Position numbers and translations under genes: made by a program. Shown in pieces: positions 10,660 to 18,951 of a DNA stretch of 27,900 nt (the stretch's first letter is position 1; the number at the start of each line of letters is the position of its first letter). The stretch is from Cyanophyceae cyanobacterium. Its GTDB lineage: Bacteria; Cyanobacteriota; Cyanobacteriia; Cyanobacteriales; Laspinemataceae. The notes beneath the pieces were generated by a model. It saw nothing but the letters and a program-made list of their open reading frames with translations. It had not been told where the DNA came from and did not search any database. Location: positions 1-27,900 of the forward strand of contig JBBQFN010000050.1 in NCBI GenBank assembly GCA_038321985.1, read 5' to 3'.

Positions 10660-12585
10660 TTAAGGGGTTAAACTCTGCCAAATTTTCAGAGTTTTATCAT
10701 TGCTGCCGCTGATAATCGTCTGCCCTTTTGAACTTAAGGCGAAACAGGTTATACTATCGGTATGGCCGGTGAAAGTATGGAGTAAGTTGCCGGTTTCTTG
10801 ATGCCAGATTTTCAGGGTTTTGTCTTCACTGCCACTGATTAAAATATGGCCGTCTTGGGGATTTAGGGAGGGGGGTAAAGGGAGATAACCGATCGCCTGA
10901 AATCCGTTTAGATGTTCTTTAGGCGTGGCTAATCGGGTGCCGGTATCCAGTTGCCAGGTTTGGATGGTTTTATCCCGACTGCCGGAAGCTAGGGTTTGAC
11001 TGTCGGAGGCGATCGCCACTGCCTCAATCCGTTCCTGATGTCCCGTTAGGGTGGCTTTCACCGTCCCATTCCGCAGGTTCCAGAGTTTAATCGTGCGATC
11101 GTCACTGCCGGAAGCGATGATTTTACCATCGGGGGAATGGGTGACACAGGAAACCGGGTGAGTATGTCCCTCCCAGGTTTGTTGAAGTTGTGCCGTGCGA
11201 AGATTCCACAGTTTTAAAGTCTTGTCGGCGCTACCACTGACTAAGGTTTTGCCATCAGGGGTGATTGTGAGGGCGGTGATGGCCCCGTTATGCCCTGTGA
11301 GCGTTCTCAGTAAAAAGCCTGTAGGTAATTGCCAGAATTTAATGGTTTTATCCGTACTTGCGGAAACCAAAAGTTTGCCATCAAGGGAGATAACGACTGC
11401 GGTAACTGCGCCGGAATGTTGAGTGAGGGTATGGAGAATTTTGCCAGTTTTTATATCCCATAGCACAATCGTTTTATCGTCACTAGCAGAAACCAGGAGT
11501 TTGCCATCGGGGGAGAGTGCAACTGCTTTGATTGCTGCGGTATGTCCGGTTAAGGTAGAGTCACACTCCCAGGTTTGGTGTTGGAAATAGTCCAGCAGGG
11601 GATTCGTGGGAACAGGGGGTGGGGTGGGAAGAGGTGGAATAAAGGGGGTGACTGCCCCAGAAAAACTGGTGGTTCCTCCCATATTCAAGTCATGGAGAAC
11701 CGCTGCGGCAGAGGCATAGCGGGCTTTCATGGAATCTTGGAGCATTTTATTCAAAATAGCGGCAAGGCGATCGCTGACGGTTCGTCCGGTTTGCTGCAAG
11801 TGCGACTGCCACAACCACTGCGACTCCACCGGATCATAGAGGCGATCGAGGGATATCCTCGTTAACAACTCAATACAAGTTACCCCCAAACTATACAAAT
11901 CACTCGCCGGAAATGCCCGTCCCCCGCGCAGTTGTTCCATTGGCGCATATCCTTCTGTACCCGCCCTTGTCCCAGTTTTCCCCCCCCCTGAATTCAGTTG
12001 TTTAGCAATTCCAAAATCAATTAACACCAATTGACCCGAAGAAGGCTCTCTCCCATCCTCCCGGCGGATAATATTGGCCGGTTTGATATCCCGGTGAATC
12101 ACCTGGCGTTCATGGACAAACTGTAAGACAGGCAGTAAATCTAACAACAACTGGCGAATTTGTTCCTCTTTAAATGCCCCAGCGCGTTGCATTTGCTGCC
12201 ACAAAGTTTGTCCTTCAATAAACTGCTGCACCAAATACAAGCGTTTATCTTGTTCAAAATAACCTAACAGCGCCGGAATTTGGGAATGTTGTTCCCCCAG
12301 GAGTAACAATTGCCGCGCCTCTTGTTCAAATAACTCCGTTACCTTTGCCATTGCCTGGGAGTCTGCCTGGATTTCCGGCGCTGGCAAGAGTTGCTTAATC
12401 GCGCAGGGGGCATTGAGGCGGTCCTGATCCAGGGCCAAAAATGTTCGCCCCATTCCGCCTTCCCCGAGGGGGCGAATGGTGCGGTAGCGATTTTTAAGCC
12501 CTAACGGAGAACGACAACTCAGGCAAAACTTGGCGTTATCTGGATTGTAAGGCTTCTTGCAACTGGGATTGAGGCAATAGCTCAT
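10660..12585 (-). CDS. Ser/Thr protein kinase plus WD40 repeats with N-terminal 4-Cys region
   Basis: MSYCLNPSC start (ATG 12585), GEGGMGRT, AIKQ, HRDIKPAN, LIDFG, GTEGYAPMEQ, then WD40 repeats. Confidence 0.95.
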   Translation of the reverse strand: MSYCLNPSCKKPYNPDNAKFCLSCRSPLGLKNRYRTIRPLGEGGMGRTFLALDQDRLNAPCAIKQLLPAPEIQADSQAMAKVTELFEQEARQLLLLGEQHSQIPALLGYFEQDKRLYLVQQFIEGQTLWQQMQRAGAFKEEQIRQLLLDLLPVLQFVHERQVIHRDIKPANIIRREDGREPSSGQLVLIDFGIAKQLNSGGGKTGTRAGTEGYAPMEQLRGGRAFPASDLYSLGVTCIELLTRISLDRLYDPVESQWLWQSHLQQTGRTVSDRLAAILNKMLQDSMKARYASAAAVLHDLNMGGTTSFSGAVTPFIPPLPTPPPVPTNPLLDYFQHQTWECDSTLTGHTAAIKAVALSPDGKLLVSASDDKTIVLWDIKTGKILHTLTQHSGAVTAVVISLDGKLLVSASTDKTIKFWQLPTGFLLRTLTGHNGAITALTITPDGKTLVSGSADKTLKLWNLRTAQLQQTWEGHTHPVSCVTHSPDGKIIASGSDDRTIKLWNLRNGTVKATLTGHQERIEAVAIASDSQTLASGSRDKTIQTWQLDTGTRLATPKEHLNGFQAIGYLPLPPSLNPQDGHILISGSEDKTLKIWHQETGNLLHTFTGHTDSITCFALSSKGQTIISGSNDKTLKIWQSLTP

Positions 12586-12689
12586 AGAAAGAAGCGTCAA
12601 ACAGAGGGGACTTAAGGATCTATTGTACCGACAGGTTCCCCCTGCCTTACGTTAGTCTGAGAAAAAAATGAAGAAGAATTCCGGGTAAT

Positions 12690-13985
12690 ATGCGTCAATT
12701 ACAAATTCGAGTCCCGCGCGGTTGCGGAGGGGACGTGGTAAAGATTGCTCAAAGTTATAACGCTGCTAATCTGATTCAGTTCGAGGCAAAGCATCCAGAA
12801 GGTGCAGTGGATGTGGTTTTTCTGCACGTTTCCAATCGTCAAGTGGAAGAGTTACTGGATGACTTGGAAGGGATTGAAAACCTAGCAGTGACGTTAATTC
12901 CTCGGGGTATGATGCCCCTGCATCCCCCGACATCGGAAGCCCCAGATCAGGTAACGGAAGTCGAGGCACGCAGTCCGATCGAAATTTTTCTGGGGGGATT
13001 GCAGAGTGTGGGGTCCTGGCGGGGATTTTTAGGATACGCGGCCCTGGCAGGGGTGGTGGTTTGGATTGGTTTATACACCAACAGCAGCTTTTTATTAATT
13101 GCCGCCATGCTGATTGCCCCGTTAGCAGGTCCGGCGATGAACGCGGCACTCGCCACCGCCCGGGGAGACAAAACCCTGCTCAAGCGCAGCCTATTGCGTT
13201 ATGTTAGCGCCTTGGCGGTCTTAATTGGAGTGACAGCTTTGCTCAGCTTGGTTTTCCAGCAACAGATCGCCACCCCTTTCATGGTAGAAAATTCTCAAAT
13301 TTCATCTGTAGCCATCTTGTTACCTTTAGCTGCCGGAACCGCCGGGGCTTTAAATTTAGTGCAATCGGAACGCAGCAGTTTGGTGGCAGGGGCATCGGTG
13401 GGAATGTTAGTTGCTGCCGCCCTGTCTCCTCCGGCGGGAATTATTGGGATGTCGATTCCCTTGGGTCGGTGGGATATGATTGTGAGCGGGTTATTTTTGC
13501 TGTTGCTGCAATTATTCGGGATTAACTTATCGGCGGCGATTATTTTCCGCCTATTTGGATTAAAGCCGAAGGGTGCAAGGTACGATCGCGGCACCCCTAA
13601 GCTGTTTCCCATTTCCCTGGGGGTGACCCTTGCTGGACTGGCGGCGTTGCTGATTTGGCAGTTTTCCGATTCTCCTAATTTTCAACGATCTAGCCGTTCT
13701 CAACGGATCAATGCTGAACTTAAAGAAGTGGTGGAAAATAGCTCTTTAGTCGAACTTGTGGAGGGGAATGTCCGGTTTACTCGGCCCCATATTTCCGGAC
13801 AGAATACGCTACTGGCGGAGGTTTACGTTCAGCGTCAAGCTGGAGTCACTGTACCCACAGAAGAGATTCGCACTCGTCTGACTCAGCAGATTCAAGCTCA
13901 CATTCTCCAGGAAGGTTTCAACGTGACTCCGTTGGTTTCCGTTACGGTTTTGGAAACCCCGGAGGTTTTGGATAATTTGCCCTAA
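12690..13985 (+). CDS. DUF389 / TIGR00341-family membrane protein
   Basis: LLIAAMLIAPLAGP and LVAAALSPPA motifs, multiple transmembrane segments, soluble N- and C-terminal domains. Confidence 0.85.
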   Translation: MRQLQIRVPRGCGGDVVKIAQSYNAANLIQFEAKHPEGAVDVVFLHVSNRQVEELLDDLEGIENLAVTLIPRGMMPLHPPTSEAPDQVTEVEARSPIEIFLGGLQSVGSWRGFLGYAALAGVVVWIGLYTNSSFLLIAAMLIAPLAGPAMNAALATARGDKTLLKRSLLRYVSALAVLIGVTALLSLVFQQQIATPFMVENSQISSVAILLPLAAGTAGALNLVQSERSSLVAGASVGMLVAAALSPPAGIIGMSIPLGRWDMIVSGLFLLLLQLFGINLSAAIIFRLFGLKPKGARYDRGTPKLFPISLGVTLAGLAALLIWQFSDSPNFQRSSRSQRINAELKEVVENSSLVELVEGNVRFTRPHISGQNTLLAEVYVQRQAGVTVPTEEIRTRLTQQIQAHILQEGFNVTPLVSVTVLETPEVLDNLP

Positions 13986-13998
13986 AGCACCGGCATCC

Positions 13999-14054
13999 GT
14001 TGCGACAAGCCTGGGGTTGCACCTGTTGCGACAATCCTAGGGTCGCGCCTGTTG
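13999..14054. repeat. Tandem 26-bp palindromic repeat (2 units plus 4 bp)
   Basis: GTTGCGACAAGCCTGGGGTTGCACCT and GTTGCGACAATCCTAGGGTCGCGCCT, 22/26 identical. Confidence 0.7.
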
Positions 14055-14525
14055 AAGCAGGGCTTGGGTTGTACCTATGGCGATCGCCCTTGGGGGGATC
14101 CCCGATGGAAACCTCTTCCCCGCCAAATTCTGAGTTAATTTTTAACCCCTATACGGATGTACTACTTTTTGTCTCCACAAGCAGGGGTCCAAATCTCGGC
14201 GGGTTGTCGCTACGAATACTGAGGAATCGACCCCAAGTGGGGACGCAAAATATCCACCTTGCTCAAGTTGAGCTCTCTTCCATCCCTCAATAGAGGTAGA
14301 TACCAGGTAGACAAATCGCCTCAAAAGCTCCCTAGGCCGATGGCTCAATGCCTGACTAGGGTTAAAGTCTGGAAATTTCCGGGGTCTAAAGGGCGGCGAT
14401 CGCCCCTGGGTAAATCAAGTTCCCCCTTCCGATGGATGAATTTAGCCGTTCAAACTGTTGTAATAGGGAGGTAAGACGAAAAGATATATTGCTTTTCCAA
14501 ACAAAATTTTCAAACCGGAGGAAAC

Positions 14526-15248
14526 ATGGCTATAACATATCAAAAACGAGCCGTTGGGACATTTCCAACTCGGACGCAAGCCGAACGAGCATTGCGGGAA
14601 TTAAAAGATAGTGGCTTCCCCATGGACCGCGTATCCGTAATTGCCAAGGACGAAAACCGCCCGATTTCGGACGACCTCCACGGTGATGATCGAGGCAATA
14701 AAGCGGATGAAGGTGCAGCAGTAGGGGCGACAACTGGGGGAGCGATCGGCACAATCACCGGCTTGCTGGTCGGTTTGGGCGCACTCGCCATTCCCGGCAT
14801 CGGTCCTATCATGTTAGCCGGCGCAACCGCCACCGCATTAGCATCTACCTTAGGGGGTGCGGCGATCGGTGCAGCAGCTGGGGGCATCATTGGGGCTTTA
14901 GTCGGTTTAGGAATTCCAGAAGAACGTGCTAAAGTTTACCATGACCGTGTTTCCCGTGGTGATTACTTAGTGATGGTTGACGGAAGCGAAGCCGACATCG
15001 CTCGCGCGGACACCATTTTAAATCGGGGTGGCATAGAAGAGTGGGGCGTGTATGACACGGGCCACAGCCACGATAATGTCCATACTCAAGCCGACGTGGT
15101 TCGTCATCAAGAAACTGTGGTGGAACATCGCACACCCCTGGTTGAACACGAACGGGATGTCGTTCGCACCGATGGCGATGTCGTCTATGAAGATAATGTG
15201 GTGAAGGTTGTTGACCATACGACCGACCGTCGAGATACCCTACGGTAA
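14526..15248 (+). CDS. General stress protein (YflT/DUF1269-like, glycine-zipper membrane segment)
   Basis: GGAGGA RBS, RAVGTFPTRTQAERALRELKDSGF, LAIPGIGP, GLGIPEERAKVY…GDYLVMV. Confidence 0.88.
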   Translation: MAITYQKRAVGTFPTRTQAERALRELKDSGFPMDRVSVIAKDENRPISDDLHGDDRGNKADEGAAVGATTGGAIGTITGLLVGLGALAIPGIGPIMLAGATATALASTLGGAAIGAAAGGIIGALVGLGIPEERAKVYHDRVSRGDYLVMVDGSEADIARADTILNRGGIEEWGVYDTGHSHDNVHTQADVVRHQETVVEHRTPLVEHERDVVRTDGDVVYEDNVVKVVDHTTDRRDTLR

Positions 15249-15275
15249 TCGGAGCCTTTTCTACTCCCGAATTAG

Positions 15276-15321
15276 GCTGGAATCCTGAGCCTTCATTGAA
15301 CTGAGTTTCTAGGATTCCAGC
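15276..15321. other. Intergenic stem-loop
   Basis: 11-bp inverted repeat GCTGGAATCCT / AGGATTCCAGC downstream of the stress gene. Confidence 0.5.
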
Positions 15322-15480
15322 GGCTGCTCTCTTGTATTCTCATAGAGAATTTTAAACAGATACTTTCAATCAGGGCGATCAGATGAGGTAAGGAAAACTT
15401 AAACACAGAAACGGTTTTTTAAACCCCTCAAATGGGATCGCACATCTATCGTACATCTAAAAAAAATTCAGGAAAAAACC

Positions 15481-15954
15481 ATGAAAAAGATTACTCCTTT
15501 CTTACTTGGAATCGCTGTCCTCTTCGGTGGTGGTGCTTGTCAGGACCTAGCACGTACCAGCGCGGATGCTCCCGCTAGTCCAGAGGGAACCGTTGAGCAA
15601 CCGGCTCAAGTAGAAGAGACTTACGACGATGCCCGAGATGAGACTCGCCGTGCTCAACTCGATAGCGATATTCGCGCGCGCGAACAACGAAATGACGCCG
15701 TAGGCGACCCCCTAGAACGCGCAGACGGTGACCTTGCTAGTGAAGTTCGCAGTAAGCTAGAAGCGAATATCCCCCGGGGTAAGTTGACCGTAACGGCTGA
15801 AGATGGTGTGGTTAACGTGACTGGAACGGTTCCTGACCAACAATCATATGAGTCAATCCCAACTTTAGCCCGGGAAATTCTCGGAGTGAAAGATGTAAAA
15901 GTTGACGCACAAGTCGTTGATCCTGGGGCGACTCCGGATGCAAGTGGTCAATAG
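15481..15954 (+). CDS. BON-domain lipoprotein (OsmY-like)
   Basis: MKK plus hydrophobic stretch plus lipobox GGAC(20). DGDLASEVRSKLEANIP…LTVTAEDGVVNVTGTV…AREILGVKDV matches the BON pattern. Confidence 0.9.
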   Translation: MKKITPFLLGIAVLFGGGACQDLARTSADAPASPEGTVEQPAQVEETYDDARDETRRAQLDSDIRAREQRNDAVGDPLERADGDLASEVRSKLEANIPRGKLTVTAEDGVVNVTGTVPDQQSYESIPTLAREILGVKDVKVDAQVVDPGATPDASGQ

Positions 15955-16001
15955 AACAGCCGGGGTATTACTATCCCGATGATAATAGTTAATCTTTAAA
16001 A

Positions 16002-16039
16002 ATAAAGGTGCGTTAGGCCGGTGTCTAACGCACCTTTAT
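16002..16039. terminator. Hairpin between convergent genes, probable bidirectional terminator
   Basis: 15-bp perfect stem ATAAAGGTGCGTTAG / CTAACGCACCTTTAT with an 8-nt loop. Confidence 0.8.
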
Positions 16040-16079
16040 CGTTGCTGGGGATACAGAGCACTCCCCCTTTAAGTCTTTG

Positions 16080-17432
16080 TTAAAAAGCCTGCAACTGTTT
16101 ATCTTTGTCTCGGGCAAATTTCAGCAATTGTTGAGCATCTGCCGAGGCAGTGGTTCCGGCGGGCACTTGCTCTAATTCCGTGATAATTTTCCGTAAGTCC
16201 CCCGAGAGTTTACCCCAGTCCAGGCTCTCAGGATTCGCCCTTGCCAACTCCTGCCAATTGGCGATCGCCTCTTTTACCTGTTTTAAGGTTTGGGTTGAAT
16301 CCTTTTCCGCCTGTAAACGAGTCTGCACCGTTCCTCGATTCACTTGATATTCTGCAAGTTTACTCTGCGCCTCCAAATAGCCGGGAGCATCCGGTGTCAC
16401 CTGTTCCAGACGAGCGATCGCCACCGTCCACAGGCCCTCAATTTGCTCCCAATGGGCTGCTGAATGAGGGGGATTTTGGGAGGCGATCGCCGCTTGCATT
16501 GCAAATGCCTTTGCTGCGTCAATTGTCGTTGCCGTTTGCAGACTGCCTTGTGCCGAACCCACCACCTGTTCAAAATCCCGCATCGCTGCTGTCAACTTCG
16601 GTTGAGCCATCTGACTCGCCAGAGTAGCCGGGGGAATTTCCACTAAGCGATCAATTGCAGACTGCCATGCGGCGATCGCTTCCTGTTTCTGGGTGAGGTT
16701 TGTTGCCTGTTGGTACTGCTGTTTTGCCTTAGTCAGCGCCGTTTCCACTTCCCAAAGCTGAGTCTGAGCATTTTGTTGTTGAAATAGCGTCGCTTCCATC
16801 CGTCCGATCGCCTTGCGCGCCGTTTCAAACTCATCTAACGTAAACCGCCAGCTACAGCCAAACAAAGAGCAGTAACGTTCTGGATAATACCCCAAAAACC
16901 AAACGGGCAGCCGATCTAGGGATTTTTGCGCTCCCTTGACTTTCTCAGTTCCTAACTCAAAATCTGCCTGACTCGTGGCATTATTCACCAGTTGATCCGC
17001 TTGTTCCACCAGGGAAATTGCTTGCCGATAGTTATGATCCATACTCATAAAACTGGGCAGCAAAACTACAGGTATAGTCTTAGAAACCGGACCGCGAATC
17101 ATGGGATAGGGGAGATTTAATACCCAAACGACTGCCGCTACCCCTGCCGCACCGGCGATCGCCACGGGCACCCATTTAAGAATACTCAAGGGTCCCGGAG
17201 GCTGATTTGCCTTCTCTGCTGCTTTCAAAGTTGCCTGGTCAAATTGGGGATAAATATCGCTGAAAGTCTCTTGTATTTCTGCGGCAGTCAGAGGAACTCC
17301 CGATTGGATCCGAAATTTTTCTAAGCGCTTGAGGGCGATGTCCCCCTGGACTTTTCTCGCATTATCGGTCCCACTCAATTTGTGGATTTCGGCCCGGAGG
17401 ATGTCAAACGCGCGATCGCTCAAACGAACCAT
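16080..17432 (-). CDS. Hypothetical membrane-anchored protein with Gln/Ala-rich helical (TPR-like) repeats
   Basis: Long ORF with ATG at 17432 (MVRLSD), one TM segment followed by LNLPYPMIR, and repeated W-x-x-AI-x-x-L-x-x-(I/V)P units. Confidence 0.85.
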   Translation of the reverse strand: MVRLSDRAFDILRAEIHKLSGTDNARKVQGDIALKRLEKFRIQSGVPLTAAEIQETFSDIYPQFDQATLKAAEKANQPPGPLSILKWVPVAIAGAAGVAAVVWVLNLPYPMIRGPVSKTIPVVLLPSFMSMDHNYRQAISLVEQADQLVNNATSQADFELGTEKVKGAQKSLDRLPVWFLGYYPERYCSLFGCSWRFTLDEFETARKAIGRMEATLFQQQNAQTQLWEVETALTKAKQQYQQATNLTQKQEAIAAWQSAIDRLVEIPPATLASQMAQPKLTAAMRDFEQVVGSAQGSLQTATTIDAAKAFAMQAAIASQNPPHSAAHWEQIEGLWTVAIARLEQVTPDAPGYLEAQSKLAEYQVNRGTVQTRLQAEKDSTQTLKQVKEAIANWQELARANPESLDWGKLSGDLRKIITELEQVPAGTTASADAQQLLKFARDKDKQLQAF

Positions 17433-17648
17433 AAACAGCACCTTGGTTTGGTAATGGGTTCAGTTAGGCTGGGATGGTCCTACTGCCTCAATAACCCCTC
17501 AGCAGTAGCGCCGGTCACTTCAAGAATGGTTTGATTATCTCATATCCCATTGACCGAGATCTAACTCAATTCAATAACCCCTTAGCATCAGCCGAGGTTG
17601 AACTTAAAGGGAACTTAAAACAATTTAGAAGCGGAAAAGCGATCGCCT

Positions 17649-17804
17649 ATAATAGCCGGAATGCGGCTGATACCAAATCCGGGTATCAAAAGTCGTTTTA
17701 ATTTCATCTGATGGTTCCCTCCCCTTTGCAAGGGGAGGGTTAGGGTGGGGTCCACTAATTTATTCTCCTGTTAACAGACCTAATAATAGCCGGAATGTGG
17801 CTGA
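17649..17804. repeat. 112-bp hairpin-containing insert flanked by 22-bp direct repeats (MITE/REP-like)
   Basis: ATAATAGCCGGAATG(C/T)GGCTGA at 17649-17670 and 17783-17804. Internal stem CCCTCCCCTT-TGC-AAGGGGAGGG (17717-17739) followed by TTAGGGTGGGG. Confidence 0.7.
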
Positions 17805-17945
17805 GTCCGACTCAACCCTTGTCCCCCACCCGCAGCGGAGATTTATCATCCTTCCCCGTCCAACCTTCTCTATTTCCCTCGCCGATCGCAGGCGGGCTTA
17901 ACCCATTCCCACCCTAACCGCGCTTCACCGCTTTTAATACCAAAT

Positions 17946-18296
17946 ATGGGCCTAAAACAGTATTTTGGGTTTATCTCAGAGCGCATCAGCGCCTTATTGC
18001 AACGATCGAAACTCTTTCAGCATCGCTGGATCGGCTATTTAATCGCCATTGGGATTTATGTCGGCATCTTGCTGCTACCGCTTCCGGGGTTTGAACCCAA
18101 TGCACAACGGGCCTTGGCTGTATTTGGCTTGGCCGCCTTTTCCTGGGGGACCACCCTGCTGCCTCTGCCGGTTACGGCGATCGTCATCCTGTTCTTACTC
18201 CCCTTTAGTGGAGCAATTTCCGCCCAGGAAACCTACGCCTATTTTGGTAACCGGGCGGTCTTTTTCATTCTCGGGGCCTTCATTTTGGCATTGTGA
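17946..18296 (+). pseudogene. 5' fragment of an SLC13/DASS family anion transporter
   Basis: ALAVFGLAAFSWGTTLLPLPVTAI and YFGNRAVFFILGAFILA are typical DASS N-terminal motifs. The frame stops at 116 aa, whereas family members are usually over 400 aa. Confidence 0.8.
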
Positions 18297-18445
18297 TGGA
18301 AGCGGAGAACGGCAATTGCAAACGTAAAGGGAAGCCCTTGGGCAACCTATAGGGGCGTCTTTGACTTCGCCCATGAATCCGACTTGTCGGAAGTTCAGAA
18401 ATCCCTCCGGGGAATCCCCGTCGCTTTAGCGCGGGGAATAGTCAA
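18291..18445 (+). mobile_element. IS200/IS605-family right-end remnant (TnpB omegaRNA-like scaffold)
   Basis: Subterminal hairpin TCCCCG(T)CGC-TTTA-GCGCGGGGA (18415-18437) followed by ATAGTCAA ending in TCAA, with further hairpins upstream. No tnpA or tnpB ORF. Confidence 0.7.
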
Positions 18446-18644
18446 TAATGGTTTGCTTCGTTGTTGAGTACCGAGAAGTTATTGGCAATTCCTTTCAGAA
18501 TGTGTCCCGATGCAAAGACAAATAATCGTTAAGCGATCGCCTAAAAATCACGGCTCACAGTAATAGCGATCGCCTACCGCAAACCCTTTAGCAGATAGAT
18601 AATTGAGGATATTGTGCTTCACCAGAGAAAGCGATCGTGGTGAC

Positions 18645-18674
18645 TTGACAATTAGCCAAAAACAGAGTTATAAT
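18645..18674 (+). promoter_or_regulatory. Consensus sigma70-type promoter upstream of the DUF262-HEPN genes
   Basis: TTGACA (18645-18650), 18-bp spacer, TATAAT (18669-18674). Confidence 0.65.
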
Positions 18675-18746
18675 TCTCCTGCAAGATCTGCGATCTAACT
18701 TGAGTCGGTACGCAGTAATCCACCGTGAGGTTATCATTTTCTCTCG

Positions 18747-18769
18747 TTGGGTTGCGTTCCTTAACCCAA
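18747..18769. repeat. Short REP-like palindrome
   Basis: TTGGGTT-GCGTTCCTT-AACCCAA, resembling a dispersed cyanobacterial palindromic repeat as I recall it. Confidence 0.45.
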
Positions 18770-18951
18770 GCTAAAAGATCGGCGATCGCACTAAACTGTT
18801 ATTTGGAGTAATTTTATTAAGCCGACCCAAAAGAGCGGTGATCTCGCTTCATCAAAAAAAGTGGGCATAGCAACCCATAATAATCGCACTTAACCCACGC
18901 CGCTAGTTGTCGCGCACTCATTGATCTCATAATTAACAAGGAAGAATAAAT

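Noticed and set aside
8820..11580. Nucleotide repeats such as GCCACTG/GCCGGA and TGTCC within the kinase genes
   Set aside because: Explained by WD40 protein repeats. No reverse transcriptase or template/variable repeat pair suggesting a DGR.
777..13612. Many antisense or alternate-frame ORFs inside typA, pilT, argB, the kinases and DUF389
   Set aside because: Shadow ORFs of well-supported genes with no independent evidence.
14000..14474. Three short overlapping ORFs between DUF389 and the stress gene
   Set aside because: No motifs, mutually overlapping, and they lie in a likely promoter region.
17649..17804. Possible mini CRISPR array
   Set aside because: Only two repeats, a 112-bp spacer with its own hairpins, and no cas genes in the window.
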